Source: Rhina ancylostomus
Lineage: Eukaryota
Assembly: GCA_030265395.1 (NCBI GenBank)
Contig: JARFYF010000055.1
Coordinates: 16,513,204-16,576,835, forward strand
Direction of reading: 5' to 3'
Length of the DNA: 63,632 nucleotides
Made by a program: the position numbers and the translations under genes. Below are positions 39,635-52,390 of the stretch, one piece after another (position 1 is the first letter of the stretch; every line of letters begins with the position of its first letter). Under the pieces are notes generated by a model. It made no database searches, was not told the origin of the DNA, and worked only from the letters and a program-made list of their open reading frames with translations.

Positions 39635-39850
39635 CATAGAGAGATATATCACAGAAACAGGCCCTTTGGCCCACCAAGTCTGCGCTGACCAACAACCGGC
39701 CATTTAAACTACTACATTAATCCCCTTTTTTATTTTTCCCATATTATGATTAACTACACCCAGATTCTACCACTCACCTACATACTGGCGGCAATTTACA
39801 GTGGCCACTTAGCCTACCAATCCAATCGTCTTTGGGATGTGGGAGGAAAC
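39635..39850 (-). mobile_element. V-SINE 3' part
   Basis: acagaaacaggccctttggccc..gcaatttacagtggcca..tttgggatgtgggaggaaac. Confidence 0.72.
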
Positions 39851-40400
39851 GGGGAAATGCAGTTACAGGGCAAATACGCTGTTGCCACTTGTTTTGTAAG
39901 AAATTTCAGCATTTTTCCTGCTACTGATGTTATGCTAACTCATCTATAAAGTTCCCTTTTTTATCTCCCCTTTCTTTTTTCAGTAGTCTTCAGCAGTCTT
40001 ACTGATGGGTAGAATATATTTTTGAAGCTCAGCTCAAGGTCAAACATGCGCAGATCTGGTATCCACTGATATTTCCCTCCCCAGTTTAACCTGCTGCTTT
40101 TGTTTCCTTCTCTTGCCCAATCTGAGGAAAATATTGCCCTCCAACAGGCAATTTGTAATGAAATCATCCAGTGAGGATTTTTTCATTAGCTTTAGCTATA
40201 AATGAAGACACTTAATTTCCTACCAAAATAACTAGCTTAAAATTTTATAAAAGGACATGAATAGTTTTGTGTAAGTTCTAATCTTCCTCATTTGTGCATG
40301 TTCCAGAAGGTGCTGTGCTGGGCTTCAGAAGCCTGAAGTGTATATGTATTTCTGAAAGGTTAGTTTGATTGTTTTCATTGTCAGTTCTTTACTTAAACAG

Positions 40401-40517
40401 GGTTCCAAGCCATGCCAAATGCCCTTCGCCAGGGAGGTCCCAGGCCTTCTCTTCGTCACCTTACCCCAACAGGAAATGCTCAGGGTTCTCGAGGTATTCC
40501 TGGTGCACAAAGAATGG
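40401..40517 (+). CDS. PABPC4: PABPC4 exon 10 (linker)
   Basis: [39 protein letters not shown]; phase consistent with neighbours. Confidence 0.92.
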
Positions 40518-41236
40518 GTGAGTTTATATAATTACAAAAAAAATTGTAATCTTTTTGCAGCTTCCATGAGTCTAACAGTGCATCAAATAGCATAGTGTAA
40601 CTGGACTACTAATTCAAGTACTGACCTAATGAACTAGATATTCCAATGTTCACATGGCAGTTGAAGAGCTTAAATTCAGTTAATTACTGAGGTAAATCTG
40701 TAATCAGTAATGATGACTATAAAATTACTAAATTGTATCAGAAAATTTGGTTCTGATAATTTTCTTTCCCTCTTGAAATTTGCACTTGTGGATCATTGAG
40801 AACAGTATCAGGCTCTGCGGTAGTGCTTCTAATGTCAAGTAGCCTACAAACACGTACCATTACCCTTCCTGCTTTTAGGACAGCTGCCTCTCAGACATGT
40901 GGCTTTGAAGATTTGGTATTAGAGAAAATTGGCAAAGAGAAGTTTCCAAACAGTGCATGTACTAATTAGTTTGTTCTTGCATCACTGTGTACTGTTGACT
41001 TTCACCATTTTAAAGAAAACCTTCAACTGGATCTTGAAATAACAGGTTTGTTTAATCCACCTTTTCATAAACCTGATGCCAATTCCTAGGCTTTACTTAG
41101 AGTACATCTAAGAAATGCCAAAGAATTATCCAGTATGGATGAATCCTTTCTTTAAAAAGTGAAATCGACAACTTATAATGATAGATGCTGATCTTTTGTT
41201 CAAGTTTATGGAAACTTCATTGCTTTGTAATTTCAG

Positions 41237-41376
41237 GATTATCTACAACACAGAATCTGGGACATCGCCCTGGAATTGCTGGCCCAACACCACGGGGGGT
41301 TCCACCTTACAAATATGCCTCCACAGTCAGGAACCCACAGCAATCAGTAGTGCAAACTCAAATGGGTGTACAGCAG
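41237..41376 (+). CDS. PABPC4: PABPC4 exon 11 (linker)
   Basis: GLSTTQNLGHRPGIAGPTPRGVPPYKYASTVRNPQQSVVQTQMGVQQ; conserved YKYAxxVRNP motif. Confidence 0.92.
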
Positions 41377-41844
41377 GTACAATAAGTTCATTATGTATCC
41401 ATTCAAATATTGATAATGAATATATGAGTATGACAATGAATTATGTTAATTAAATACAATAGAAATTTGGCTAATCTATATTTTTGCATATTAGTCACAG
41501 ATGTAATATATTTAGCCATTTAAGGACCATGGTTATAAAAATAGTTAACAAGTTATCTTCCTTTTTCACGTAAAAGCACGAAAACATTTAATTAAATAAT
41601 GCAGTGATTTTGTGTCTCAAATATGAGAGAATATATATGAACATTATTGTTAATTAACTCTATCAAAATTCAGAATTAAGTGTTGGCTTAACCACTCTAT
41701 TTAAAAATATTATGCAAGAAACTAGACACATATGCAGTGTCACAGAAGAAATGACTATCTTAGTTTTGATAATTGGTTTTAGTTGTAGTCTGGAAGCTGT
41801 TTCTGGTTGCTTGTAGAATCAGAAAAGTATTTGATAAAGAAAGA

Positions 41845-42760
41845 GGCCTCCTTGTCCTGGCCAGCTGAAAGAGAGCTATCCAGCCTAATCCCACTTTTGG
41901 TCTTGATGCATATCCTTGTAAAGTTGTGGCACATTCAGTGGTCATCCAAGTACCTTTCAAATTTGCATAAGGTTTCTGCCTGAACCATCCATTCTTCCAT
42001 TGAGGCAAAAAGATTTAACTCAACATTCCACAAATCCTTTTGCCAGGTATCTTAAATGTACATTCCATGTTTATTGACCTCTTTACTGACCTCTTTTCTG
42101 AACAGTCCATGAACCTATTAACACTACCTCATTATTACTTTTTTTTGCACTATTTATTTATTTTGTAATTTATAGTAATTTTATATTTTTACACTGTAGT
42201 GCTGCTGTAAAACAACTAATTAACGTTATATAAAAGTGATAATAAATCTGATTCTGAATGAAATGGATCCTTCCTGCTTACCCTTTTGAGTCTTCTAATC
42301 ATTTTATAGACCATAACTACTCCTGTTCCAAAGAAAATAACTCCAGCCTAGCTAATCATTTATTATAGCTGAAATCTTCTAGTCCTAGGTACATGCTCAT
42401 AACTATCCTCTAAGTACTAATGCTGTCACGTGCTCTCTGTAATGTAGTGAACAGAATTGTACGAAGTGCCTTAGTCATAACCTAATTAGTGTTTTATATA
42501 GTTCTAGCATGACCTTAGTGGTTCTTGTATTCTTTAAAAGCCAGTATCCCAAGTGCATCATCTACCTGGCCTGCTACCTTCAGGGATCTAAGAACATGCA
42601 CTTCAAGGCCTCTCTATTCCTCAGTATCAAACTAATGTGCTATCCCTACCCCAATGGATTACCAGTAGATTGAATTTCACTTTTTACTTCTGTGTCCACC
42701 TGACTAGTCCATTGATACAATCCTGTAATCTACATCTTTCCTCCTTACTATCAACCATTG
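41845..42760 (-). mobile_element. CR1-like fragment interrupted by a + strand Rex1 3' tail (about 42090-42258)
   Basis: CR1 blocks on both sides; the insert ttctgaacagtcc..aataaatctgattctga is the reverse complement of the tail at 8953-9120. Confidence 0.7.
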
Positions 42761-42856
42761 TTAATCTTTTGGGAATGGATTGCCACCGGTGGGTATAGAA
42801 GATGGACAATTTTTAGCTAACTGGTGACCATGATTTTCCTGTTTTTTTTTCTTAAG

Positions 42857-42950
42857 CCCTCTCAGACTGCAGTGCTGGTACAAGGACAGGAACCCCTGAC
42901 TGCTTCCATGCTTGCTGCAGCTCCTCCTCAGGAACAGAAGCAGATGCTTG
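42857..42950 (+). CDS. PABPC4: PABPC4 exon 12 (start of MLLE domain); acceptor may instead be 42866
   Basis: [31 protein letters not shown]; gtaaat donor. Confidence 0.92.
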
Positions 42951-43130
42951 GTAAATGAATGCTGAAGTACCTCTCCTGATGAATTTAAAAAGTACTGTTT
43001 TGAATTTCCAAATATACTCTGTTATTGGAAATTGTAAATGTGGAACCAGATATGTACATAGAAAGTAATATTTAACATCTCACACACTGTTCCCTCAATC
43101 ATGAAACCCTTTCCTGTTGTTTTTCCCCAG

Positions 43131-43261
43131 GTGAACGTCTGTTCCCTTTGATTCAGAGTATGCATCCTTCCCTAGCTGGAAAAATCACTGGAATGCTTCT
43201 TGAGATAGACAATTCTGAGTTGCTACATATGTTGGAATCACCAGAATCACTACGATCAAAG
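43131..43261 (+). CDS. PABPC4: PABPC4 exon 13 (MLLE domain)
   Basis: [44 protein letters not shown]; 131 nt. Confidence 0.97.
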
Positions 43262-44472
43262 GTATGCTGACTCAAGCTTATTCATTTAATGGTTGTTGAA
43301 TGACAGCTGTGTATTTAAAGATACAGTTGAGCCCCATGTACAGAGGTGTTGCATTCCTAGCAAACTGTCCATATTATGATTTTTCCATAAAGCAAATCCT
43401 ATTTCCCATTGACTTCCCATGTTATATATGGAGATATGTTACCATGGTATGTTTTTTTTTGATATTAATGATAGTACTGCAGCTGCTAGTTCATGGTCAG
43501 GGGCCATTTAAGAGATTTCCTTGTCTGTTTCCAAAGCAAACCTCTTAAGTGGCCAGCAGCTATATTTGAAGACACTGTAGCAAGTCTCACAACTTTTAAC
43601 TATTGCGTAAAGTTTATCTCAAGCATCAATCTTTGTAAAATATCAAGCTTTACATCCAGCAAAATTCCTTTATGAAGTCATTTAGGCTTACAACTTGCAC
43701 AAACTTGTTGGCCCTGTTTCAGACATCGTGAGGGTAAATATTATGGAAAATGCTTGGAAAGAAAACTGTTAAACTGCACAGTGTTTTACAATGAACCTAC
43801 TGTGTTTTTAAAAAAAATTAAAAAGACATGTTATCTGTGTGTGCGTCAAGAAATGAGAATTGTATAAAATATAAATAGACAAAATTTGTTGTTTCTTTTA
43901 CATTTGTTTATTTAATTTTAAAGAAACATTCCCACTTAAATACCAGAAGGGCAATTTTTAAAAAATTCAGTACCTCAGATTTTTGGGAAGTGATTTGTGA
44001 ATTCCATAAGGGCAAATTTCCATAACTCAAATGGTTGTAAAGTAGCTGTCACCTATATGTGATGTTTTGCGTGCCTTGGATCGCTGCACAAGGAAAACTT
44101 TCAGGAGGATGAAATATTCCATTTCTCTGTAGCTTGAGGCACTCACAAAATATTGTCGTTCATGTAGAGGCCTGGCAGTTGGATATGAATATGCTCTCTT
44201 TAGGAAAATGCAAGGGTGATTCCACACCAAAGTTTGCCTTCTTGCTTGAGATTGACCTGGACGCATCTGGGGAATTGGGTTTCAAAATTCCTGGCCAGCT
44301 TGAATACACAAAATTATTAACTAGCTTGACTTCTGATGACTTGGCTACTCCATTTGTGGCATCCAGTGGTTCAATAAAAAAACAATGTGACTATATCGAT
44401 TTTAGTAAGTATGTTATTGAAACCATTGCAGCGCTCGTTACATACAATTTTGGTTCATGTTGGAATCTGCAG

Positions 44473-44559
44473 GTTGAAGAAGCTGTGGCTGTGCTGCAAG
44501 CTCACCAGGCCAAGAAAGAGGCAGCCCAGAAGGCAGCTGTGGTTGTAGCTACATCCTAA
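44473..44559 (+). CDS. PABPC4: PABPC4 last coding exon
   Basis: VEEAVAVLQAHQAKKEAAQKAAVVVATS then TAA; joined CDS 1905 nt in frame; probable donor gtgagc at 44582. Confidence 0.96.
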   Translation, partial: VEEAVAVLQAHQAKKEAAQKAAVVVATS

Positions 44560-45654
44560 AGTGGGAGGAAGATATGCAACAGTGAGCATTTATATATTTG
44601 AATGACTTAGAATTTATTCTGTTTTTGATACTATTAACTGGCTTTAATTATGGCAGTGTTTGATTACCTGAATTGTCCTGATAAGAAATTGATGACCAAG
44701 TGCACCACTACTTTACTTGCAATTGGTACTCAGTTGAGTTAAATTAATAAAATGCATCATATAAATGCAAGCATAATTAAACCTTTCCTACTAATGCTGG
44801 TGGGGGGTGGGGTGGGGCAGTGGAGACACTTTGTAGTGTAGTGCTTTCCATTCTTTGGCAAAGGCAGAGTACTAGTTACATGCTGGAGGCTGACAGAGCT
44901 TATTGAGACTACCGTAAAGGAAGCTATAGCCTGTGAATCCTTAGCTTGTATTTCTATTTTTTTTTCAGTGAATATCCGTAGTTAGGGACCCATCGGACAG
45001 GAAGAAGATTTTTGTTACGTTGTTATTCAAAGAGAATTGTTTCACAAACTGGAATGAATAAATTTACTTTGATTATAGCAAATTTGCTTTCATTGCATTT
45101 CCTAGAAAGGCTCATTGCTGATCCCGTGTTTGACCTCCTGCTTAGAGGAAGGGTTACTGAAAAGTCAACACAGCTTCTTGAAAAGAACATTGTGTCTTAT
45201 CAATCTGGCTGAATTTATTGAGTAACTTTTAAGCATGGTAGATAAAGGTGGCCTGGATGAGATGATATTTGTGGATTTTCAAGGAAGTTTTAACAAAAGG
45301 TATGTGTGTTTCATGCACTTATCTTGGATTCAGTAGGGAATTGTTTACATTTTTGTACTTAATAGTTCTCTCTGGTGACCAGTGACCGACAAAATTCTGC
45401 AGGTTTGGACTTAGTCACCACAAATCAAATTTGTTATTATGAGAGAAGTGTTCACAGATGATGTCATTATAAGGAACTTAAATGAGACTTTATCAGCAAT
45501 AAGACACAAATATTGTTTTAGTGCAGATAAATGGAATTCACATTTGGTTATGATTGAAGTGAAGCACATATGTACCATTGAGGATTCCAAACTAAATAGT
45601 TATATCATTTGAATTTCAGAAGATTCAAGTTATTTTGTTTTTTTTTCTTTGCAG

Positions 45655-46340
45655 ATTGCCAAGAACCAACGAATCCACAAATTTGGTTCAGATATATTCA
45701 GACTGGATGCGTGGATCGTGCTTAGCTTTAAGGGAAAAAAACAAAAAACATTGCAAAATTTCAAATAACCAGATTCTGAAAGATTTTAATGTACTTTAAG
45801 TATTTAAAAGAAATATATTTTGATAGATCAAACTATAATATTACAAAGCAGAGCACCACTCTGATATACAGCTTGCTTTGTTTTGAATATGAATATCTGT
45901 GGCCAGGATAGATTTATTCATAAAACCAAATACCGTGGATGCTAAACATGTGGGGAAAAAAAACAAAAAATGACGGAAATGTTCAGCAGGTCAAGCAGCA
46001 TCTGTGGAGGGAGAAACGGAGTTAAGAGTTTTGGGTCGATGACCTATAATTTGGAATTATTTATTTTTTCTTTCTTTTCAAAAGACAGGTGAAAGGTTCT
46101 AGGTATGAGAATGGAGCTAGATTTTAACTTTGCAGTTATATTTTATCATTTAAGGTGTGTTTTCATTTCTAAAACTCAAGTTTGCCCAAATCTAGAAGTG
46201 TGTTTCTGATTGGGAAAGGGAGAAAAAAATAAAAACTCTTTGTCTAAAATGTGTCAATTGTCTTAATTTATTTTGATGTATGGTTTTGAAATTTAATTTA
46301 TTAGGTTATGAGAGTATAATAAACTTTAAATTATGAGAGT
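45655..46340 (+). other. PABPC4: Probable non-coding terminal exon (3'UTR) of PABPC4
   Basis: Strong acceptor ttttttttttctttgcag ending 45654; AATAAA at 46228-46233 followed by GT/T-rich sequence, and again at 46318-46323. Confidence 0.65.
45925..46045. mobile_element. Penelope-derived short repeat inside the probable PABPC4 3'UTR
   Basis: ggaaatgttcagcaggtcaagcagcatctgtggagggagaaac shared with copies at about 54400, 56975 and 58250, and inverted at about 8760 and 10730. Confidence 0.65.
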
Positions 46341-48399
46341 AGATCTTTAGTAGTGAAAAAGCAAATTGCATTACTTTATAGAAGAATATTATGACTGTCA
46401 TTGGATGCTGATGTTGTCTTAGCATTTGACTGCTTTATTGCTTCTCATTTTAATAGCAGTGGATTCCAGATGTGAACATTCGGGTTCCACTCTGGCAAAA
46501 CTGCAGTACATTCCAAGCCTTTCATAGAGGTCTTAATTTGCTTTCTCTTGCAAAATTGCTATTTCATTCAAGATTAGAAATTACTTTTAATTAAAATGTT
46601 ACTAGAGTGTTTTATGATTATGAAATTATTTGGGGATGTTAAAGCTTAAAACTGATCCTCCAAAAATAATGTCCAGGGAGGCTGATTCCGAGCTTCCTCT
46701 GTGAGGAAATACTGTGTGAAAACAGGTGGTTTGCTCAACGGAAATAATTAACTTGAATAACTGCACATTCCAGTGGATGGTTGAGAAAACAAACTTTGTC
46801 AGAGAATCATATGGTGTCATCAGCCTGTGGGAGAATTTCGTTTAGCAGAAGAGGGAAAATTGTTTCCAATGGGGGCAGTAAAGATAAACTAATGTGAAAA
46901 AGATATTGATTACTTTTGATAGTTTCTGCCTTTCTGCTTCAATTAATGTCTGATGTCTTTTGTCACAACACGATGGTCTGCTCGCAATCAAATTAGAAAT
47001 GTGCTTGTTCAGCACTCTCTTCTTAGCTGGCTTGTAAAGTTGTCTGAGAAGTTCCCGAAGAGAGGCCGAGGACATGTTATCTAAAGCAATGTTTGTGCTC
47101 CTTATTTAGTACTCTCCTGGTAGAGCAGCACTGGTAGAGAATTGCCTTGGTCTGGAGTTGGAAAACTGTAGATCTTATACTCAGTGAGCAGTAATATACT
47201 CTGGTTTTCTTTACGTTGGCCTAGCCAATTATTTACATATATTTAAAGTTCAATTTTGCTTAATTTGAATTGGATTTATGTCTTTAAAAATACTGCATGA
47301 TCATGAGATTTTCTGTTCCCTTGGCAAGTTTCAATATTCTGCTCATCAAAAGAAACTAGCAAAATAAGGGTTTTAAATTTTCAGTATGTAACTTTATCTG
47401 TAGTAGCTAATAATCAATACATAATGCTAAGAGTACGTATTTTAAAATGCTTTGCAACTAGGAGATGGTATTAATACTTGGATGTCTTCTAGGTTGTAGT
47501 AGTATAATAATAGTCCAACCCATCATAAAAATTACCAGCACATGCAGGACATAGAGCTCCTTGATTTTGTCCTGCCATTCAATATGATAATGCCTAATCC
47601 TCCACTTTGCTGCCTGATCACCATATGTAATTTCCTTTTCAATCTAAATATCTCTAATAATAGCCTTGAATATACCTGTATGGCCATCCAAGATAGAGAC
47701 TTCTAAAAAAATTTTCCCACCTCAGAGTGAAGTCATTTTTCATTTCTGATCTAAATCATCAGTCTTCTGATGGTTCCTAGTTCTAAACTCTACAACCACG
47801 GAAAATGGCCTCTCAGAATTTCATATGTTTCAATGTGTTTTCTTCTTGCTTCAATTATGTTACACTTGCCTTCAGTTAGGGTAGTCCACTTCCTTTAAAT
47901 TTCACCTTATCTTAGTCTTTGGTTAACTATACTCACCTTTTCCAATCTTTGCATTTCGTATATTTCAGTAAGCCATGTCCCTGCCTCACAAACCACATGC
48001 TCGTCTTATTTTTGGCTGATATAGTAGTAGATAGTTAAAGAGGGGGTTTGGAGGAAACAAAAAATGGGAAGAGAAATTAACTGGAGATGCACTGGTCACG
48101 TTTGGTTGTTTAGCACAGAATCAAATAAGGACATTCCCTTGAAGCATTGGAAGATGGTATAGTTAGATTTATTGAATCCCATGGAGCAGGATAGCAGACA
48201 TAAAACATAGGATTTGTAGTAGACTGGTACACAACATAGTAACAACACATTGTAAATATTTATCAGTTTAAATAGGAATGATATCAATATTTTTTGTTTT
48301 TGATTTGGTTGGACTCAAGTTTTCAGATATAGTGGAAAATTTGGAAAACTTGAACTGTGAAATTAACTGCAACTTAACATAAAATCAACTCTCCATTGA

Positions 48400-49045
48400 C
48401 CTGTCATACCCAACACTGATAACTGCAGATAACTAGTTCTTGGAAGTCAATCATCACAACTCCAAGACATTGTCCAGTGAAATTCTTGTACCAAATCCTA
48501 GGCCCAATCATCTTCAGCTGCTTCATCAGTGACCTTCCCTCCATCATTGGGAAGGTGGACATTGGCTGATGATTCCACAATGAATTTACAACTCTTCAAA
48601 TAATGATGACTTTGCCTCTATGTGTGAAAGACAGGTACTTCAATGCCTGTCCAATTGTATGCGACCTCCTAACTTAACCACGGTTTTCCGTCAGCTATAA
48701 GGCACAGTCAAGAGTGTGATGGATTACCCTTGCTTAAGTGGAAACATTTTCAAGATAACAACATTCAGGAGAGAGTGGCCCACTTGATTGACCTTTCATC
48801 CAACACCCTAATCATCCATTCTCTCCTGTGGAACACTGTGATTGAAGTGTGTACCATCTACAAAATATACTACAGCACTTCACAAACCTCTACTGAAGAA
48901 CAAGAGCAACAGATTCAAGTGAGTGGTACCACCTACAAATTCCCTTCCCATGAGAGTACTTCAAACAGATTGCAGCAGTTCAAGGCATCTTCTGAAAGGC
49001 CATTAGCAATAGGCAGTAAGTGCTGGCTTTGCACATCCCTTGAAT
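48400..49045 (+). mobile_element. Old LINE fragment; related copy at about 31570-32220
   Basis: Shared blocks (tcctaggcccaatcatcttcagctgcttcatcagtgaccttccctccatc; cccacttgattgac). Confidence 0.55.
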
Positions 49046-49189
49046 GTCTTCATTACATAATGCAATTTCTATGCTGTTTTGAATAACATTAAATTATGGT
49101 ATTTGTTGCCTCCACCACCCTCCCTCATTGGCTGCTCTTGGAATAAACCAGTTGCATGATTGTTTCATGGAGCACAAATGCAAATCATT

Positions 49190-49990
49190 ACAGATATTAA
49201 AAATGTGAAATATAAATATATTGGAAATTCTCAAAATTGGAAATAGTTGGCAGAATATGTAGAAATTGGAAACAAAATTAATATTTCAGATAAATAATCT
49301 GCCAGACCCAAAAAAAAGAGATGGAGGAGGGGAGAGGGAAGGAAAGAACAAAGAAGGCCTGTGATGGGGTAGGAAGCAGGAGAGTGAGTAACAGAAGAGA
49401 TGATGATGCAAAGCAAAAGGTGTAACAGGACAACTGAAGAGACAAAATGTGGGACATGCTGCGAATTAGATAGGAGCAGCAGAATTGTGATCCACAATTG
49501 TAGAATTATCTGCTGAGTCCTAAAAGCTGTTAAGTGCCTCATTGAGGAAGAGAGTGTTATTCTTTGAAATAATGTTGAGCTAATACTGGAACAATATAGG
49601 AGACTGAAATAGGGCAGTCACAATGGGGATGAGATAGAGAATTAAAATGACAGGAGACTAAAGTTTGGGTGCCACTTGGAGCAATGATGCCAGTTAGTCA
49701 CCCAATCTGCCTTCAGTCTCTCCAGAGCTTCATTGTGAGCAGTGAGTATAGTATACTAAATTGAAAGAAGTACAATTAATCTGTTTACCTAGAGACAATG
49801 GAGCCCTAAACAGCAAAAAGGGAGGAAGTAAAATGACAGTGTAACATCTTATAGTTTCATGGAATGATGTGTACAATGAAGGAATTGTTGGTGGTGAAGT
49901 AAAAAACTGATGTGTCAAGGGGAAAATGGAGCAGCAATGTAGCAGAGTTGTGGAGAGAAACACAAAGTTACCCTGTGTGGTTTTTGGTCG
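49190..49990 (-). mobile_element. Degenerate Penelope-like element (GIY-YIG region)
   Basis: Minus-strand remnant QINCTSFNLVYYTHCSQ; purine-rich plus strand resembling 52980-54250. Confidence 0.6.
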
Positions 49991-52295
49991 CTGTTCTGCA
50001 CGAAGAATATGCTTGGTTTCACTGGGCTAGTATACAGAGCATTTCGCCTCCAGTCCGATGACCTGAAGTGTGAACTTTTTCTCTCTCTTTTGCTATCTTG
50101 GCGTGTTAACAGTTTGTATTTTGGGAATGAGGACACGGCCTCTACTCTGCAGTCATTTAAACCTCATTCTCCATTTCTATTCTTTCTTCTGAAGTCAATA
50201 GTTTCCCATCTCCCCATGTTGTCCTCTATCTGCCATTCACTTGGCCCGTCTTCAGAGTTCCCTTGTGTCATCGACTCAACCTGCCCTCCCATTTATCTTC
50301 CTATCGTCAGCAAATTTGGCCAGCGTACACTCGGCCGAGGCATTGAGTATTGGAGTTGGGATGTCGTATTGCAGCTGTACATTGGTTAGACCGCACTTCG
50401 AGTACTGACTACGGTTCTGGCTGCCACGTTATAGGAAGGATGTGGTAGCAACAGAGAGAATGCACAAGAAGTTCTCCAGGATGTTGTCAGGAACTGGTAT
50501 TGGTTTATTATTGTCACTTGTACCGAGGTACAGTGAAAAACTTGTCTTGCATACCGATCGTACAGGTCANNNNNNNNNNNNNNNNNNNNNNNNNNNNNNN
50601 NNNNNNNNNNNNNNNNNNNNNNNNNNNNNNNNNNNNNNNNNNNNNNNNNNNNNNNNNNNNNNNNNNNNNAGTAATATGGCAAAATTGCAAGGTTGACTAA
50701 ATGTTGAGCTTGTCATTCATTGTTGTGAATTGTGAGTGTTGGAGTGGTGACATACTCAAAATAAGAATGGATAAGCCTAATTAAGAAATAATGTGCATGA
50801 AATCCTATTTATGTTTTTGTTTAATAAACTCTTGTGTACAGCTTACTGATAACAGTGGAGCATCAGGAAAATGTTATGGGTGATATTTATGCTTAAAGAT
50901 CTGAGATATGTTAAAATTTTCCCTCTGCTGAATTGTATCAGAGCCACTGTGACTTGGTATTTGAAACAAATGGTCAATGTTCTGTACAAGCCTCCACAAA
51001 ATGTCATGGGCAGCACAACATTACATTTTGAACCTGAATCTGCTCTGTATTCATGTATCCAGACATTGTACCTGATGTTATTGGATATTTCTCCCTCTCT
51101 GTTTGGAGTGCAAATATCAATTATAGTAAACTGACCCAATGGTTTAAGTAAAATCATCCCAGGAAACATGAAACATAACTTCTGATCTTCACCTGGATGG
51201 TTCAACTTTAACTAACTAAACCACTGTTCTATGTTGAGTAGGTCAGGGGAAAGAACTCATNNNNNNNNNNNNNNNNNNNNNNNNNNNNNNNNNNNNNNNN
51301 NNNNNNNNNNNNNNNNNNNNNNNNNNNNNNNNNNNNNNNNNNNNNNNNNNNNNNNNNNNNGTAGGTCAGGTGAAAGAACTCATTTAAATTAGTGATGGCT
51401 ATTTGGTTCTACAAGCTTGTTCTGTTTTTTGGTTAAACCTGATGATGCAAAATTTGACTGTTGAACTGAAGAAAGTAGCCAGGTACACAGACAGATAATA
51501 TCTATAATAATATTAATAGATAATATGAAACTTAATGTCAGTAAGCACAGAAAGGAAAAGTTGGGCAACGCATCTGAACAGTGAATATTTTAATATAGAC
51601 CAAGGTGAAGTTGAACGTGTTTCTCGTTGATAGCAAGCGTTTTATTTATTGTTTAATTACTGTGGAGCAGTATGAAACAGTACTGATTTATTGCTAGTAT
51701 AAATAGCCAAGGACGTCATACTAAACTGACTCCGTGTTCTGATTAAATTACAATTTTAGTTTTGGTCATCTGTAGCAAGCATTCAATGCCATTGAAACGA
51801 TATAGAGAAAAGCTATGTGGCTGACCCCGCGGTAACAAGAAACCTAAGGCGAGCTCCCGAGAAATGAAAGAATGTGACCCAAAGGGAACATAGGGGTTAT
51901 TTACAAATGAATCTGGGGCACAACTTCCCACACAAAGCAAAATATTCAGAGGTTTAAATGGATAAAGTAATTGTGGTACAGTACAGAAATACGATACAAA
52001 AATGATGCAACTGAAATGGCCTTAGAGCCGGATAGGGCAGAAGTTGCAGCAGCAAATTCAAGGCAGTTGTGCAGTGAGGGGCCACAGTGTCACAGCCCTG
52101 GGACTGCAACGGGCGGGAATCCTCTCTCCCCCTTCTCCAACATCGGTCTCCCCACACACCAACTCGGTAACCTGCTTCACGTGGTGTAGTGTAGTGTGGT
52201 GGGGGAAGAAGAAAAATAAGGAAAATGTTGGTTTTTAAGTGATCCCCTGCCTCCACGTCCTAATAAGGTAACTATGTAAAAAAGTGAATGAAGGA

Positions 52296-52366
52296 ACCAA
52301 TCAATGAACGAGTTGCTGGCGCCGCCCCGCCCACCCCGGAGGTGAGAGTTCGACTCAAGATGGCGT
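52296..52366 (+). promoter_or_regulatory. PPIE: PPIE CpG-island promoter
   Basis: CCAAT box, GC boxes (CCGCCCCGCCC), YY1-type CAAGATGGCG overlapping the start codon; no TATA seen. Confidence 0.75.
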
Positions 52367-52390
52367 CGACCAAGCGGGTGCTGTACGTGG
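52360..52390 (+). CDS. PPIE: Peptidyl-prolyl isomerase E (Cyp33) exon 1
   Basis: MASTKRVLYVG, gtaagt donor; 31 nt. Confidence 0.95.

Noticed and set aside
44134-44472. 141-aa ORF extending upstream of the last PABPC4 coding exon
   Set aside because: Intron read-through from a TTG start; only the part after the AG at 44472 resembles PABP
51238-51383. gtaggtcagg(g/t)gaaagaactcat duplicated across a gap
   Set aside because: Probable allelic overlap at a scaffold gap
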